Positions 13,210-26,273 of a stretch of DNA of 40,642 nt are shown here, in pieces (the first letter of the stretch is position 1; the number at the start of each line of letters is the position of its first letter). A model generated the notes under the pieces. It did not search any database and was not told where the DNA came from. It saw nothing but the letters and a program-made list of their open reading frames with translations. The stretch comes from Catajapyx aquilonaris (taxonomy: Eukaryota), in assembly GCA_000934665.2 (NCBI GenBank), contig JYFJ02000883.1:62001-102642 (forward strand). Direction: 5' to 3'. The position numbers and the translations under genes are program-made.

Positions 13210-13465
13210 TGGATACCCCGTGATAAGCCTCGATCAGTGGGCCTTTTAGGGGATCATCTTATTGACCGACTTTAATAATTTCCTTTGCTGTGACAGATTT
13301 TGGTTGCAGTAGGAAACGAGAGAACCCCGAGAAAACCCACGGGAACACGGAGAGAACCCATCGAAACTCTATCCACATTAGGGCCCTCTGTCCGATCAGG
13401 GGATCGAACTCGGGACATTAGAGGTGGAAGGCTGTGGCGCTAACCACTACACCACCGTGCCGCCC
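13210..13465 (-). mobile_element. tRNA-derived SINE with V/Meta-type central domain
   Basis: Minus strand reads GGGCGGCACGGTGGTGTAGTGGTTAGCG (A box) ... GAGTTCGATCCC (B box), then GTGGGTTTTCTCGGGGTTCTCTCGTTTCC. 3' end approximate. Confidence 0.8.
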
Positions 13466-14161
13466 CCTACCCTTATAATATTTTGCAACTAAACTTTCTG
13501 AATTTATATGATAATTTATTACTGTATATATTTGAAAAGCCGCATCATTATTATTACTCTGCTTACACCAACAATATGTCAGTGTTACAATGTTCATATT
13601 GCACATGTCTGTCAACATCTAGTGAAGCTGTACATGGTGGGTTAATTTCTTCTCGATTTAACCTGTTCAACAAAAACTTCTTGTAATTATTTTTACAACA
13701 ATATTTTCAGATGGAAGCCTAAACTGAGGTGGAATGACCCTACTTGTAATGAACTCTACGCAATCATAAATTGAATAAATTCCCCTGGTTGTTTGCAAGC
13801 ATTTATTCTTGCATCATCATCAAGACAGTACAGTACATCCTCTGCCTCATTTTATCAATACTCTGTCCTATAACATTAGAAAATATACTGAAAGATTACA
13901 AACCTGCATCACGAAGCAAAGCCTTCTGTGCCAATTAAGTTTCAGTGTGGAAATCATCTGGAAGTTAATGATGATCATGTTCTTACTTGCCGTAAGAATC
14001 ATACACGGTGTTTACATTGTGCATGTCTCTCCGCGCAATGGGTTTTCTTGTGCTTTTTTCTTGCAAGCAATTGGTATGTTTATAACCGAAGTGGCTTGCG
14101 ATAAACAAGACTTGAATATTTTGAACTCATATGGAAATTTTACCTCTCTTTTACTCTGCAG

Positions 14162-14379
14162 GCACGTCCATACTACAGGCTCTGCATTCATGTGATATTA
14201 TTTTGGAATTTGGAGAAGGTTTCCACAACTACCACCACGCGTTGATAAAGAGAGTTCTGAGGACTGGTGATGGATCTCACCATGGTTGGCGCTGGGGAGA
14301 CAAGGACATTCCCATACTGCATGTCTATATGCTATACTATGACACTCAACGGAAAGAAAAATCCAACCCTCAAGACTGA
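14162..14379 (+). pseudogene. Relic of desaturase last exon
   Basis: Acceptor CTGCAG, then degenerate ...GEGFHNYHHA fused directly to LIKRVLRTGDGSHHGWRWGDKDIP. The PWDY...DQN segment is deleted and there are frameshifts. Confidence 0.85.
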
Positions 14380-15886
14380 CTGAGCAATTTTCGAAATTTA
14401 ATAGTGCAATATTACCAAGGTATTATTGTTCTATTCTAACAGTTCCAAGATCGGCAGCAGTTCATAGTTAAGAGTATAATGTTGACACACTAGTCAGACA
14501 TCTGACTTGTTAGAACTGGCCAGTAGATTTTTTTGTGACAAGCAAAGGAATCTGGATTGCAGAACTTGGATTATTTTAAAAAACAGCGCTAGTCGCTAGA
14601 GAGAAAGACTGTAGCGACGTTGCTAAACCAGAGGTCAAAATGTCATGAAACGTCAGCGTTAAGGCAAAAATTAAGTTCTCTTTGTTCAGTATGAGAATGA
14701 CGAATTTCCCTTACTTCATATGTTGTTTTCCTCGATATAAGATTGATATCATGAAACTTTTGAAATTAAATGACGTCTGTGATATTTTCTTATAGAGTTA
14801 TAAGCTTACGAAATTCAAACCAAGTTTTCCCATTCGATGAAAACATCAAGATTCAAGTCGTTATACTCGTAGATGTCACGGTTGATTTTTTATATTAGAT
14901 GACAACATTTTCACAATATAATGTTGCTGCCTACAAATTCAGTATGATTGCAGCATCCAGCTGTAAGCTTAGCCTAAATTTCCCGGTTGCCTGTGGAGGA
15001 GCGAGCCAGCGAGGAACATAGTATACTCGACTTTTTCTTCGTATTACTTTCGAGTAGGTGTTTATGTACTTTTTAAAATTTTTTAAGAAACTAATTCCAA
15101 CGTGATTTACTCACTTCCTTCATAATATTATCACACGCATATTAATAAGTGATGCGCCTCCGACGTGAAACGAACCTTGGGACGGCCACTCCTTCAGAGC
15201 ATCTCTTTCATCCCCTCCTGTGGGGGCTCCCCCCTACCTAGTGCAGCATTTTTTAAAAAATAACAAAATAAAACAATGTAGGCCTAGTATGTGCCAACAT
15301 TCTTTGGAAATCATAGCAGATATAACATTGTGGCAGAAAGAAATAATTGGTTGCTCAACTGCCGCATTGCAATAGCATTTGAATATAATGTATCTATTGA
15401 GATTCTTGGTCATATAACTCGATTTGTGCAATAATTTATAGAGTATCTTCTGTTGGACTTTTTAATGACGCGGTTTTCTTCTGGAAGTATTGCAGGCAAT
15501 ATTCAGACCAGTCGTATTTACTCCTCTCGTTGCTGATTCCAAACTCTCAGTACGCCTCAGTACTCTCAGCATCTCCACGTTGCTGAAACAACTCAGCAGT
15601 AAGTATGGCTGCAGAGTCATTTTCTATAGAAAGACATGTAGCTTAATTTTCATTGTCTATTTTTGATTATGTCTGTTGGAGAACCACCATATTATTAGAA
15701 GGCTGTCGTATTTTTCATTTTATTTCACTTGACACATAGAGAGTGAGTTTCATAATATTTCACTCAAATCTCTGCCGGTTGAAATATCGCAGACATTCTC
15801 TTACATTAGCTCTTACAGCACTGAGAAGAAGATAGTGTGGTGATATGGATTATTTATAAATTTTTACATTATTTTTATGAACAGTC

Positions 15887-15980
15887 ATGGGCTATCGGAA
15901 TGATGTTGGAGTTGCCAGTAGTCCAAAGACTAATGTACAAGCACCAGGAGTGAATCATGAGAAAAGGTAATCCGTAATTT

Positions 15981-16053
<73 letters not shown>

Positions 16054-17757
16054 GTTTTTTTTCTTGGTGCTTGAATGGCAGCGTATCTGGAGAAAATCTC
16101 AAAGTCACCTTCACCGGAGTCCTGGATGAAACAGACACGGACGTAACTGTTGACGTGATGGAGAGTGTGGCAAAGGAAGATGCAGCAAAAGATTATCCTC
16201 TTGAAATCGTTTGGGGCAATGTTTTCAAACTCACAGTATTGCATGCCTTCTTCATTGTCGGAATGTATAACGTCGTGACAGGAAGGGTTTCAGGAACGCA
16301 TATCCTTGCAAGTAAGAAAATAACATGTAGCTTACGACGTGTTAATGCATGGAATAATGTACGTTCTAAGAAAATGAGAATATTGTTGTGGCGTAATAAT
16401 AGTGATTGTTTATTTTTTCTGCAGTGATCATATACGCCCTCTTCCTCAACTTTGGCATCGCTGGAGGAGCTCATAGACTTTGGGCCCACAAGGCCTTCAA
16501 AGCCAAACCTGCACTTAAGGTGCTCTTGATCTATCTGAATACCGCTGCTGGACAGGTAATGATCCGATTCAGGTGGGCATGTCCACATAAACAAGATCTC
16601 TGAACTTTGTCTCTCCTGCACCAACTTTCAGGGTTCAGTGTACGATTGGGTTAGAGACCACCGTATGCACCACAAGTTTACCGAGACCTACGCTGATCCT
16701 TACACAGTAATGAGAGGTTACTTCTTCGCTCACATGGGATGGGTTATGTGCAAGAAGCATCCGATCCTCAAGGAAAAGGGAAAAATGATTGACATGAGTG
16801 ACCTGCAGAAGGATCCAATGATCATGTGGCAAAACAGGTTTGTAGGACCCAAGAGTTAACTCTTTCAAATTAATGTAATGTAATTAAAATTACGTATGTC
16901 TTACAGTTTTGCGCATTAATTTTTAAGAACAGGCCAATCAAAAATGCACCTTCTATAACTTCAAAAAAAATGAGTGGAAATCATTCATGAATCAGCACAA
17001 TATTATTGTCTGTCATATGATTTGATTTAAAGGGTGACTTATCTACATTGAGTGAAAAGTATTCAAATATGATTTAACGTAACTAGACATACTGTAGTAT
17101 GAATAGGTGGCCATGATTGATGGTCTGACAATGAGACTGGATACATTATTTTCATTTACAGGCACTTCATTGTCCTCTACATTATATGCGCTCTTCTGAT
17201 TCCGGGCACGGTATTCAGAATGATCACCGGTGACACGTGGCTATATATTTTCACAGCACTCCTTACGCGATATACAATAGGACTTCATCTGACCTGGCTC
17301 ATCAATAGCTATGCTCATGCCGTTGGTCACAGGCCATACGACAAGTAAGTGGCCTAAGTTTGGGGCCGGTACTTTACAACGAAGGAAACACTCATTCATT
17401 TCGAACAACTTGTATCCCCGCAGGGATGTACAGGCTACGAATTCGATCTTCTTGGGATACCTTGGATTTGGCGAAGGCTTCCACAACTACCACCACGTAT
17501 TTCCATGGGATTACAAAGCGGCTGAACTCAACTTTTACAAGGGATTCAATCTGACTGGATTGATGATCGATGCCTGCGCCATGATGGGACTGGCTTACGA
17601 CCTGAAGACTGTGGATCAGAACATGATAAAGAACAGGGTTCTGAGAACTGGAGATGGAACTCACCACGTTTGGGGCTGGGGAGACAAGGACATTCCCAAA
17701 CCGCATATCGACGCTACCATCACACTTAACGGAAAACCAACCCACAAAATGGATTGA
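15887..17757 (+). CDS. Acyl-CoA desaturase, copy B1
   Basis: Exons 15887-15966, 16082-16311, 16425-16555, 16632-16837, 17162-17344, 17424-17757. Three His boxes intact. Probable non-coding first exon ends at donor GTAAGT 15599. Confidence 0.9.
15981..16052. repeat. (TAC)24 microsatellite in desaturase B1 intron
   Basis: Perfect TAC repeat. Confidence 0.97.
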
Positions 17758-20386
17758 GCAATATTATTGTAAAATATTAGTACTGCTATATTACCAGCGT
17801 ACTTAACATTACTTCATTACTCTCCATGCTTTGGGTCAATCAGGTACTTTTTGTTGTTTTCCTCATGTAATATGTATCTGAGTGTATTAAAGGTGGTCAG
17901 TAAAACGACTTGGTGATGGGACCTGGACGGCTGGACTCAGCGGAATATTGCCAAAATTTTTACCAATTCCCAGTGAGTGTTTGTGTTTCTAGATATACAG
18001 TACTGTACAAGCTGCTGGTTATGTAATAATATTAGTGAGGCGTTGATAATTATGGAAAATGGCGTAAGCCACAATGAGTAATGTGCCACAAAAAGATAAC
18101 AAGTAGCATATATTTAAATCTTAAACTACTCATCAACTGCTTTTACTTTGGCATTAATTTTCATGATCGTGTGACAAATCCAACAATAAGAAATTATTTG
18201 TGAAATGAAATCTGCTTCACGGTGTTCTAAAAACTGTTTTTTTTTCCTAACCCCTGTAAAAAATCTTGTTAATTTGTCACTTACGCCCTTTCCCATGTCA
18301 ACGCATCAATAATTTTAATACTTTTTTATTGGGAGAATTTCAATCGGAGGCGATACTTATTTTCCCCTACATGTAAGTTGTTTTCTGGCATTGTAATGAT
18401 CGCCAGCGAATAGATGGGGTCTATAAATAAAAATAAACGAGCACTGTAGTGATTAAGCAACATAAAATTCCTCAATGTGTTGGGAAGAGGAATGGTGGAA
18501 TTTGACAAGAAGTTGACTGACAATAAATCCTTTGCATTCAATCCTTGTTTACCTCGACATTATTTAAATAATTCAATCTATCCTGCCAAAGCAGCTCACG
18601 AAGTCACCTGACCTGAGCATACTTACAGAACAACGTAGCGTACAGTACCAGTACCTATCTTAGATAAATAAATCTTCTGTGCTATACTATGACACTCAAC
18701 GGAAAGGAAAATCCAACCCTCAAGACTGACTGAGCAATTTTCGAAATTATTTATAGTGCAATATTACCAAGGTATTATTGTTCTATTCTAACAGTTCCAA
18801 GACCGGAAGGAGTTCATTGTTAAGAGTATAATGTTGACACACTAGTCAGACATCTGACTTGTTAGAACTGGCCAGTAGTTTTTTTGTGACAAGCAAAGGA
18901 ATAAACTAGGAATTAAATGCTCACAAGTCAGTGCCTAATATTATTGAAATTAGGCTCATGTCTATAATAATTATCATGAGGGAAGACAAAATAATGCTCT
19001 TGTAGACAACATCATTCAGAGTGTACGACTCTGACTGTATTGGCATTTGCGGCATCTGGATTGCAGAACTTGGATTATTTAAAAGCAAAACAGCACTGGA
19101 GAGAAAGACTGTAGCGACGTGCTAAACCAGAGGTCAAAATGTCATGAAACGTCAGCATTAAGGGAAAAATTAAGTTCTCCTTGTTCAGTACCAGAATGAC
19201 GTATTTCCCTTACTTCATCTGCTATTTTCCTCGATATAAGATTAATGTCATGAAGCTTTTTAAATTAAAATATGACGTCTGTGATATTTCCTTGTATAGA
19301 GTTATAAGCTTACGAAATTCAAACCAAGTTTTCCCATTCGATGAACACATCAATATCAGTGCGTTGCAAAATTTTATTCAAGTCTTTATACTCGTAGATG
19401 TCACTGCTGATTTTGAATTCTGACAACATTTCCACAAAATAATATTGCTGCCTTCATTTAGTATGACTGCAGCGTCCATCAGCCTAATTTCCCTGTTGCC
19501 TGTGGAGGAGCGAGGAACATAGTACTCGACTTTTTCCCCCACTTTCGTATTACTTGAGTAGGTGTTTATGGACTCTTTAAAAATTTTTAAGAAACTAATT
19601 CCAACGTGATTTACTCATTTCCTTCATAATTATCACACGCATATTAATAGCTAAGTGACGCGCCTCCGACGTCAAAACGAACCTTGGGACGGCTACTCCT
19701 TCAGAGCCTCTCTTTCATCCCCTCCTGTGGGGGCTCCCCCCTACCTAAAGGTGGAATGCAGCATTTTTTTAAAAATAAAAAAATGTAGGCCTAGTACCGG
19801 TATGTGCCAACATTCTTTGGAAATCATAGCAGATAACATTGTGGCAGAAAGAAATTGGTTGCTCAACTTCCGCATTGCAATTGCATTTGATAATATATCT
19901 ATTGAGATTCTTGTTTATATAACTCGATTTGTGCAATTTATAGAGTGCGTCTGTTGGACTTTTTAATGACGCGGTTTTCTTCTGGAAGTATTGCAGGCAA
20001 TATTCAGACCAGTCGTATTTACTCCTCTCGTTGCTGATTCCAAACTCTCAGTACGCCTCAGTACTCTCAGCATCTCCACGTTGCTGAAACAACTCAGCAG
20101 TAAGTATGGCTGCAGAGTCATTTTCTATAGAAAGACATGTAGCTTAATTTTCATTGTCTATTTTTGATTATGTCTGTTGGAGAACCACCATATTATTAGA
20201 AGGCTGTCGTATTTTTCATTTTATTTCACTTGACACATAGAGAGTGAGTTTCATAATATTTCACTCAAATCTCTGCCGGTTGAAATATCGCAGACATTCT
20301 CTTAACTTAGCTCTTACAGCACTGAGAAGAAGATAGTGTGTGATATGGATTATTTATAAATTTTTACATTATTTTTATGAACAGTC

Positions 20387-20480
20387 ATGGGCTATCGGAA
20401 TGATGTTGGAGTTGCCAGTAGTCCAAAGACTAATGTACAAGCACCAGGAGTTAATCATGAGAAAAGGTAATCCGTAATTT

Positions 20481-20574
<94 letters not shown>

Positions 20575-22500
20575 GTTTTTTTTCTTGGTGCTTGAATGGC
20601 AGCGTATCTGGAGAAAATCTCAAAGTCACCTTCACCGGAGTCCTGGATGAAACAGACACGGACGTAACTGTTGACGTGATAGAGAGTGTGGCAAAGGAAG
20701 ATGCAGCAAAAGATTATCCCATTGAAATCGTTTGGAGCAATGTTTTCAAACTCACAGTATTGCATGCCTTCTTCATTGTCGGAATGTATAACGTCGTGAC
20801 AGGAAGGGTTTCAGGAACGCATATCCTTGCAAGTAAGAAAATAACATGTAGCTTACGACGTTTTAATGCATGGAATAATGTACGTTCTAAGAAAATGAGA
20901 ATATTGTTGTGGCGTAATAATAGTGATTGTTTATTTTTTCTGCAGTGATCATATACGCCCTCTTCCTCAACTTTGGCATCGCTGGAGGAGCTCATAGACT
21001 TTGGGCCCACAAGGCCTTCAAAGCCAAACCTGCACTTAAGGTGCTCTTGATCTATCTGAATACCGCTGCTGGACAGGTAATGATCCGATTCAGGTGGGCA
21101 TGTCCACATAAACAAGATCTCTGAACTTTGTCTCTCCTGCACCACCTTTCAGGGTTCAGTGTACGATTGGGTTAGAGACCACCGTATGCACCACAAGTTT
21201 ACCGAGACCTACGCTGATCCTTACACAGTAATGAGAGGTTACTTCTTCGCTCACATGGGATGGGTTATGTGCAAGAAGCATCCGATCCTCAAGGAAAAGG
21301 GAAAAATGATTGACATGAGTGACCTGCAGAAGGATCCAATGATCATGTGGCAAAACAGGTTTGTAGGACCCAAGAGTTAACTCTTTCAAATTAATGTAAT
21401 GTAATTAAAATTAGGTATGTCTTACAGTTTTGCGCATTAATTTTTAAGAACAGGCCAATCAAAAATGCACCTTTTATAACATAAAAAAATGAATGGAAAT
21501 CATTCGTGAATCACAACAATATTATTGTCTGTCATAAGGTGAAGTGGGGTAAGTGCATGCACGGGGTAAGTGCATACACGGGGCCGCCATATTTGAATGA
21601 AAATGGCTGACGACACCAAAACACGTCAGGCACTCTTTTGTGTAGCTGCACATCACACCCCCACAAGAGGTGAGCATGTCAGCCATTTTCATTCCAATAT
21701 GGCGGCCAGTTTATGCACTTACCCCGTGTCTGCACTTACCCCACTTCACCTTATATGATTTGATTTAAAGGGTGACTTATCTACATTGAGTGAAAATTAT
21801 TCAAATAGGATTTAACGTAACTAGACATATTGTAGCGGTATGAATAGATGGCCATGATTGATGATCTGACAATGGGACTGGATACATTTCATTTACAGGC
21901 ACTACATTATCCTCTACATTATATGCGCTCTTCTGATTCCGGGCACGGTATTCAGAATGATCACCGGTGACACGTGGCTATATATTTTCACAGCACTCCT
22001 TACGCGATATGCAGTAGGACTTCATATGACCTGGCTCATCAATAGCTATGCTCATGCCGTTGGTCACAGGCCATACGACAAGTAAGTGGCCTAAGTTTGG
22101 AGCCGGTACTTTACAACGAAGGAAACACTCAGGTAAATTCATTTCGAACAACTTGTATCCCTGCAGGGATGTACAGGCTACGGATTCGATCTTCTTGGGA
22201 TACCTTGGATTTGGCGAAGGCTTCCACAACTACCACCACGTATTTCCATGGGATTACAAAGCGGCTGAACTCAACTTTTACAAGGGATTCAATCTGACTG
22301 GATTGATGATCGATGCCTGCGCCATGATGGGACTGGCTTACGACCTGAAGACTGTGGATCAGAACATGATAAAGAACAGGGTTCTGAGAACTGGAGATGG
22401 AACTCACCACGTTTGGGGCTGGGGAGACAAGGACATTCCCAAACCGCATATCGACGCTACCATCACACTTAACGGAAAACCAACCCACAAAAAGGATTGA
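20387..22500 (+). CDS. Acyl-CoA desaturase, copy B2
   Basis: Exons 20387-20466, 20603-20832, 20946-21076, 21153-21358, 21899-22081, 22167-22500. Near-identical to B1; His boxes intact. Confidence 0.9.
20481..20573. repeat. (TAC)31 microsatellite in desaturase B2 intron
   Basis: Perfect TAC repeat. Confidence 0.97.
21537..21751. mobile_element. 215-bp MITE, TA-flanked (Tc1/mariner/pogo-like)
   Basis: TIR AGGTGAAGTGGGGTAAGTGCA...TGCACTTACCCCACTTCACCT, with ~75-bp imperfect arms. Absent at the paralogous site in B1 (TGTCATATGATT, ~17011). Confidence 0.9.
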
Positions 22501-25500
22501 GCAATATTATTATAAAATATTAGTACTGCTATATTACCAGCGTACTTAACATTACTTCATTACTCTCCATGCTTTGGGTCAATCTGGTACTTTTTTTTTG
22601 TTTTCCTCATGTAACATGTATCTGAATGTATATTAAAGCTGGTCAGTAAAACGACTTGGTGATGGGACCTGGACTGCTGGACTCAGCGGAATATTGCCAA
22701 AATTTTTACCAATTCCCAGTGAGTGTTTGTGTTTCTAGATATACAGTACTGTACAAGCTGCTGGTTATGTAATAATTAGTGAGGCGTTGATAATTATGGA
22801 AAATGGCGTAAGCCACAATGAGTAATGTGCCACAAAAAGATAACAAGTAGCATATATTTAAATCTTAAACTCATCAACTGCTTTTACTTTGGCATTAATT
22901 TTCATGATCGTGTAACAAATCCAACAATAAGAAATTATTTGTGAAATGAAATCTGCTTCACGGTGTTCTAAAAACTGTTTTTTTTGCCTAACCCCTGTAA
23001 AAATCTTGTTAATTTGTCACTTACGCCCTTTCCCATGTCAACGCATCAATAATTTTAATAAGTTTTTATTGGGAGAATTTCAATCGGAGGCGATACTTAT
23101 TTTCCCCTACATGCAAGTTGTTTTCTGGCATTGTAATGATCGCCAGCGAATAGATGGGGTCTATAAATAAAAATAAACGAGCACTGTAGTGATTAAGCAA
23201 CATAAAATTCCTCAATGTGTTGGGAAGAGGAATGGTGGAATTTGACAAGAAGTTGACTGACAATAAATCCTTTGCATTCAATCCTTGTTTACCACGACAT
23301 TATTTAAATAATTCAATCTATCCTGCCAAAGCACTTCACGAAGTCACCTGACCTGAGCATACTTACAGAACAACGTAGCGTACAGTACTGTACCAGTACC
23401 TATAATATAATTATCTTAGATAAATAAAGCTTCTGTAATTACAGAGAAGAAAGTATGTTTCATGTCAAAATCAATATACAAAATTAAAATACAAGATTGT
23501 GGCGCACCCAAACGAATGGAAGCCTATTTCAAGAGTTTCTAAAAAATATATTCCGCTTTTGGTCGTATAACCGACGCGACGGACGCCTCCAAAGAGGTAT
23601 AAAAATCATCTACTCTCCTCCAAGGTCAAATTTTTTTAAAAAAAAATGGATAACATTCTTGCAGTTAAGCAAACACTTGGAGTCAAGAGTTGGAGTACAG
23701 AGCAATTTATTAAAAGCAAACAATGCATCCCTCAATATAGTATATTATTCATTTGAAGAGAATAATAGGCAGAAATTGCCAAAATACTGTATGCTTATGT
23801 TTAAAAAAAAACCCGTACTCGTTGCAGTTTGAAGGTCAGATCATTACAACACCAAGCAAATTGCTGCAAATTACACCTCTACTTAAATGCTAAATTTGCC
23901 GTAAATTAATCTTCTGAGGCAGATATTCACATTTTATTGCCGTCGGTGTGACAAATAATATATTATTCAAGAAGCTATTGTAATAGTAATTATCCTAAAG
24001 TGCGGTATAATAATCGTATACAGTTGAATATTAATTATCCGGGTATCACTCATGGTGCCATAGGGTCCATAGGATGACAATACAAGGTAATTAATTATTT
24101 TTCCTATGCGAAATCGTCAATTATTTATAATGATTCATAAATTAAAATTATTAATCTATCAGTTACTGTACAAAGATTGTAATAAATATATTATCCAGTA
24201 TTTCTTTCATATGAAAATGTATTGATTTTTATCAAAGCCTTGCATTTTAGACATACTATATGGTTACACCCAAACATTGTCTGCGATCACGGGTTAGATG
24301 GCCCCATGTAGGTTAGTTTAACGAATAGCTACACGAGGATTCCTTGCAGCATCAGCTGACAAGTAGTAATCATCTGGGCAACGAGCTCTGTTTGAAGGTC
24401 ACAATCTGACGTTCTCTCATCGGGCAATAAATCAAGGTGATTGTTTCCTCATAGCTTGCATGTCTCGTACTGTAGAGTAGCTACGTACATTGCACTACTA
24501 CACCTTCACTACACCTCACTCTACATCTGGATATTTTTTTACCGACAATGTGGTAAACCATCTCTAAAAGTCATATTTGTGTCAATCAGTATAATCCGCT
24601 GAACGATTAGTGGACGGTGTCCAGATTTCTCGGCACAGCTATAGCACGTGAATGATTCAATATATTATGTAGCCTAATACAGTACTATGTCGAATGTCCA
24701 GTGTACTGCTGAGGATAATTGGCTTGCAGAAATGATTCGTGAAAATACGATTTAGGGTAAATGGCTGAGGTATCCAGTAAATTTCAATAGGTGTAGTGTT
24801 TTTTATTCAAAGAATATTGCAGCCCAGTGAGGCAAAGAATTTTTTATACAACTACAGTATTAGAATCTTTGAATTACTCAGCATTCAGCGTTGCATTAAT
24901 GAGGCAGTTTTTACTGATGTTTGTTAACACCCCTGTGCAATTAGATGTCTTCTGGCCACTGTCCGTTGTTCTGATATTTCTCTGATATTGTAATTAATGG
25001 ATTTTTTTACGAGGGAGTCGGTCTATTTAACTGCCCATCATTGCTCCATTACAGTCCAGTCTCCTCAGTGCTCGTTCCCATCTCAACATCTCCATATTGC
25101 TGGATAAAACCTATCGGTAAATACAAATGAGATATACTTTAGTAAGGCTACAAATGCTTATTATTTGCATATCGGCATATTTTTCGATGGGTGTGAACTA
25201 AACTTGCCAGCATTACCTGCATATTAGTTTTAGATTTCTGCATAAATGTTTGGTTATATTTTTTGTTACACGATTGTGGTTTCGTTTCTTCCCATGTAAG
25301 AAAAAAAAACACGGGCAGAAGTAGAGAAACAATGATCATTTAACAAAGCATCACAAACAAATCAGAATTACTTTGTTTCCTGTTGCCTATGCTCATGCTG
25401 TTTCCACATAAATTTTGAACATTATTATTTAAGTACCGTATGTGTTTAGCAGGTATGGGCTACACGAAAAGTACCAATAACGACCAAAACAATAATGAAA

Positions 25501-25527
25501 CAGCTGCTGTGGGACCTGTGTAGGTGC

Positions 25528-25596
<69 letters not shown>
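25528..25596. repeat. (ATA)23 microsatellite
   Basis: Perfect repeat in first coding intron of the chimeric desaturase. Confidence 0.97.
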
Positions 25597-25597
<1 letters not shown>

Positions 25598-25599
<2 letters not shown>

Positions 25600-26273
25600 G
25601 GGAAGTAGCCTTGGTCTGGGATTTGGGATTTTTGTTCATAACTAGCTAGCCCATGCCTGTAAACATACATTCCATCACTTTGTTGCATCAAAATGACATT
25701 ACTGGATAAATTACGGCACATTTAAAAGTGCCTTCAAAATTGGCGGGAAAAACGGCGCGGCCGGGTGGTGCCAATCGAAAGGGTACACTGAAATGCCTGG
25801 TTGACTGCGAGATATGAGGAATTTGACTTTGAATTAACCGCGGACACGACGGAAAGCATTCGCAAGGCGGCTGTAGGCCATCGAGGTGGAGAAGGGGGGC
25901 CTTCATGTGCCGAATTCGGGTGACAGATAATTCCTACCAGTTGGCACCACTGTCAGCCCAGAAGCGATTTGAGCGGCCAGGAATAAATACGCGCCCCGGC
26001 CGCTATCTTGCTTACGGAATGGGACGATTGCTAACAACAGCGAAGCATTTTACGACAATGACGGGGCGCGTTCTATAACACAATTTTTGCATTCATTTCA
26101 CTTCGCGTGACGTCAACATTTTCTAGGCAAACAGTGACGTCACCATTTGCCTACGAAAAAAGGCCAATATCTCCGGAACTGAAACTGATATCTTAAAACG
26201 GAATATGCCAAAAAAATCCAAAAAATATGGGCGAATTTATTATGTAGTTTCCAAAATGAAGGCTACTTCCCCA
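25598..26273. mobile_element. ~676-bp non-autonomous DNA transposon (MITE)
   Basis: TIR TGGGGAAGTAGCCTT...AAGGCTACTTCCCCA, flanked by TAA/TAA (TSD ambiguous within the repeat). Absent from the homologous intron of copy C. Confidence 0.85.

Larger units (their letters stand above)
14331..23436. repeat. Tandem segmental duplication (14331-18680 and 18681-23436), each unit carrying one B desaturase
   Basis: Both units start GCTATACTATGACACTCAACGGAAA and end ...TAGATAAATAAA(T/G)CTTCTGT; colinear throughout. Confidence 0.9.

Noticed and set aside
13390..13465. tRNA gene
   Set aside because: A/B boxes are present but no closing acceptor stem was found; it continues into a SINE core.
15930..16244. 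Poly-Val, poly-Ile and poly-Leu ORFs (also 20451-20765, 25446-25721, 30735-30950)
   Set aside because: Translations of intronic trinucleotide microsatellites, mostly antisense to or out of frame with desaturase exons.
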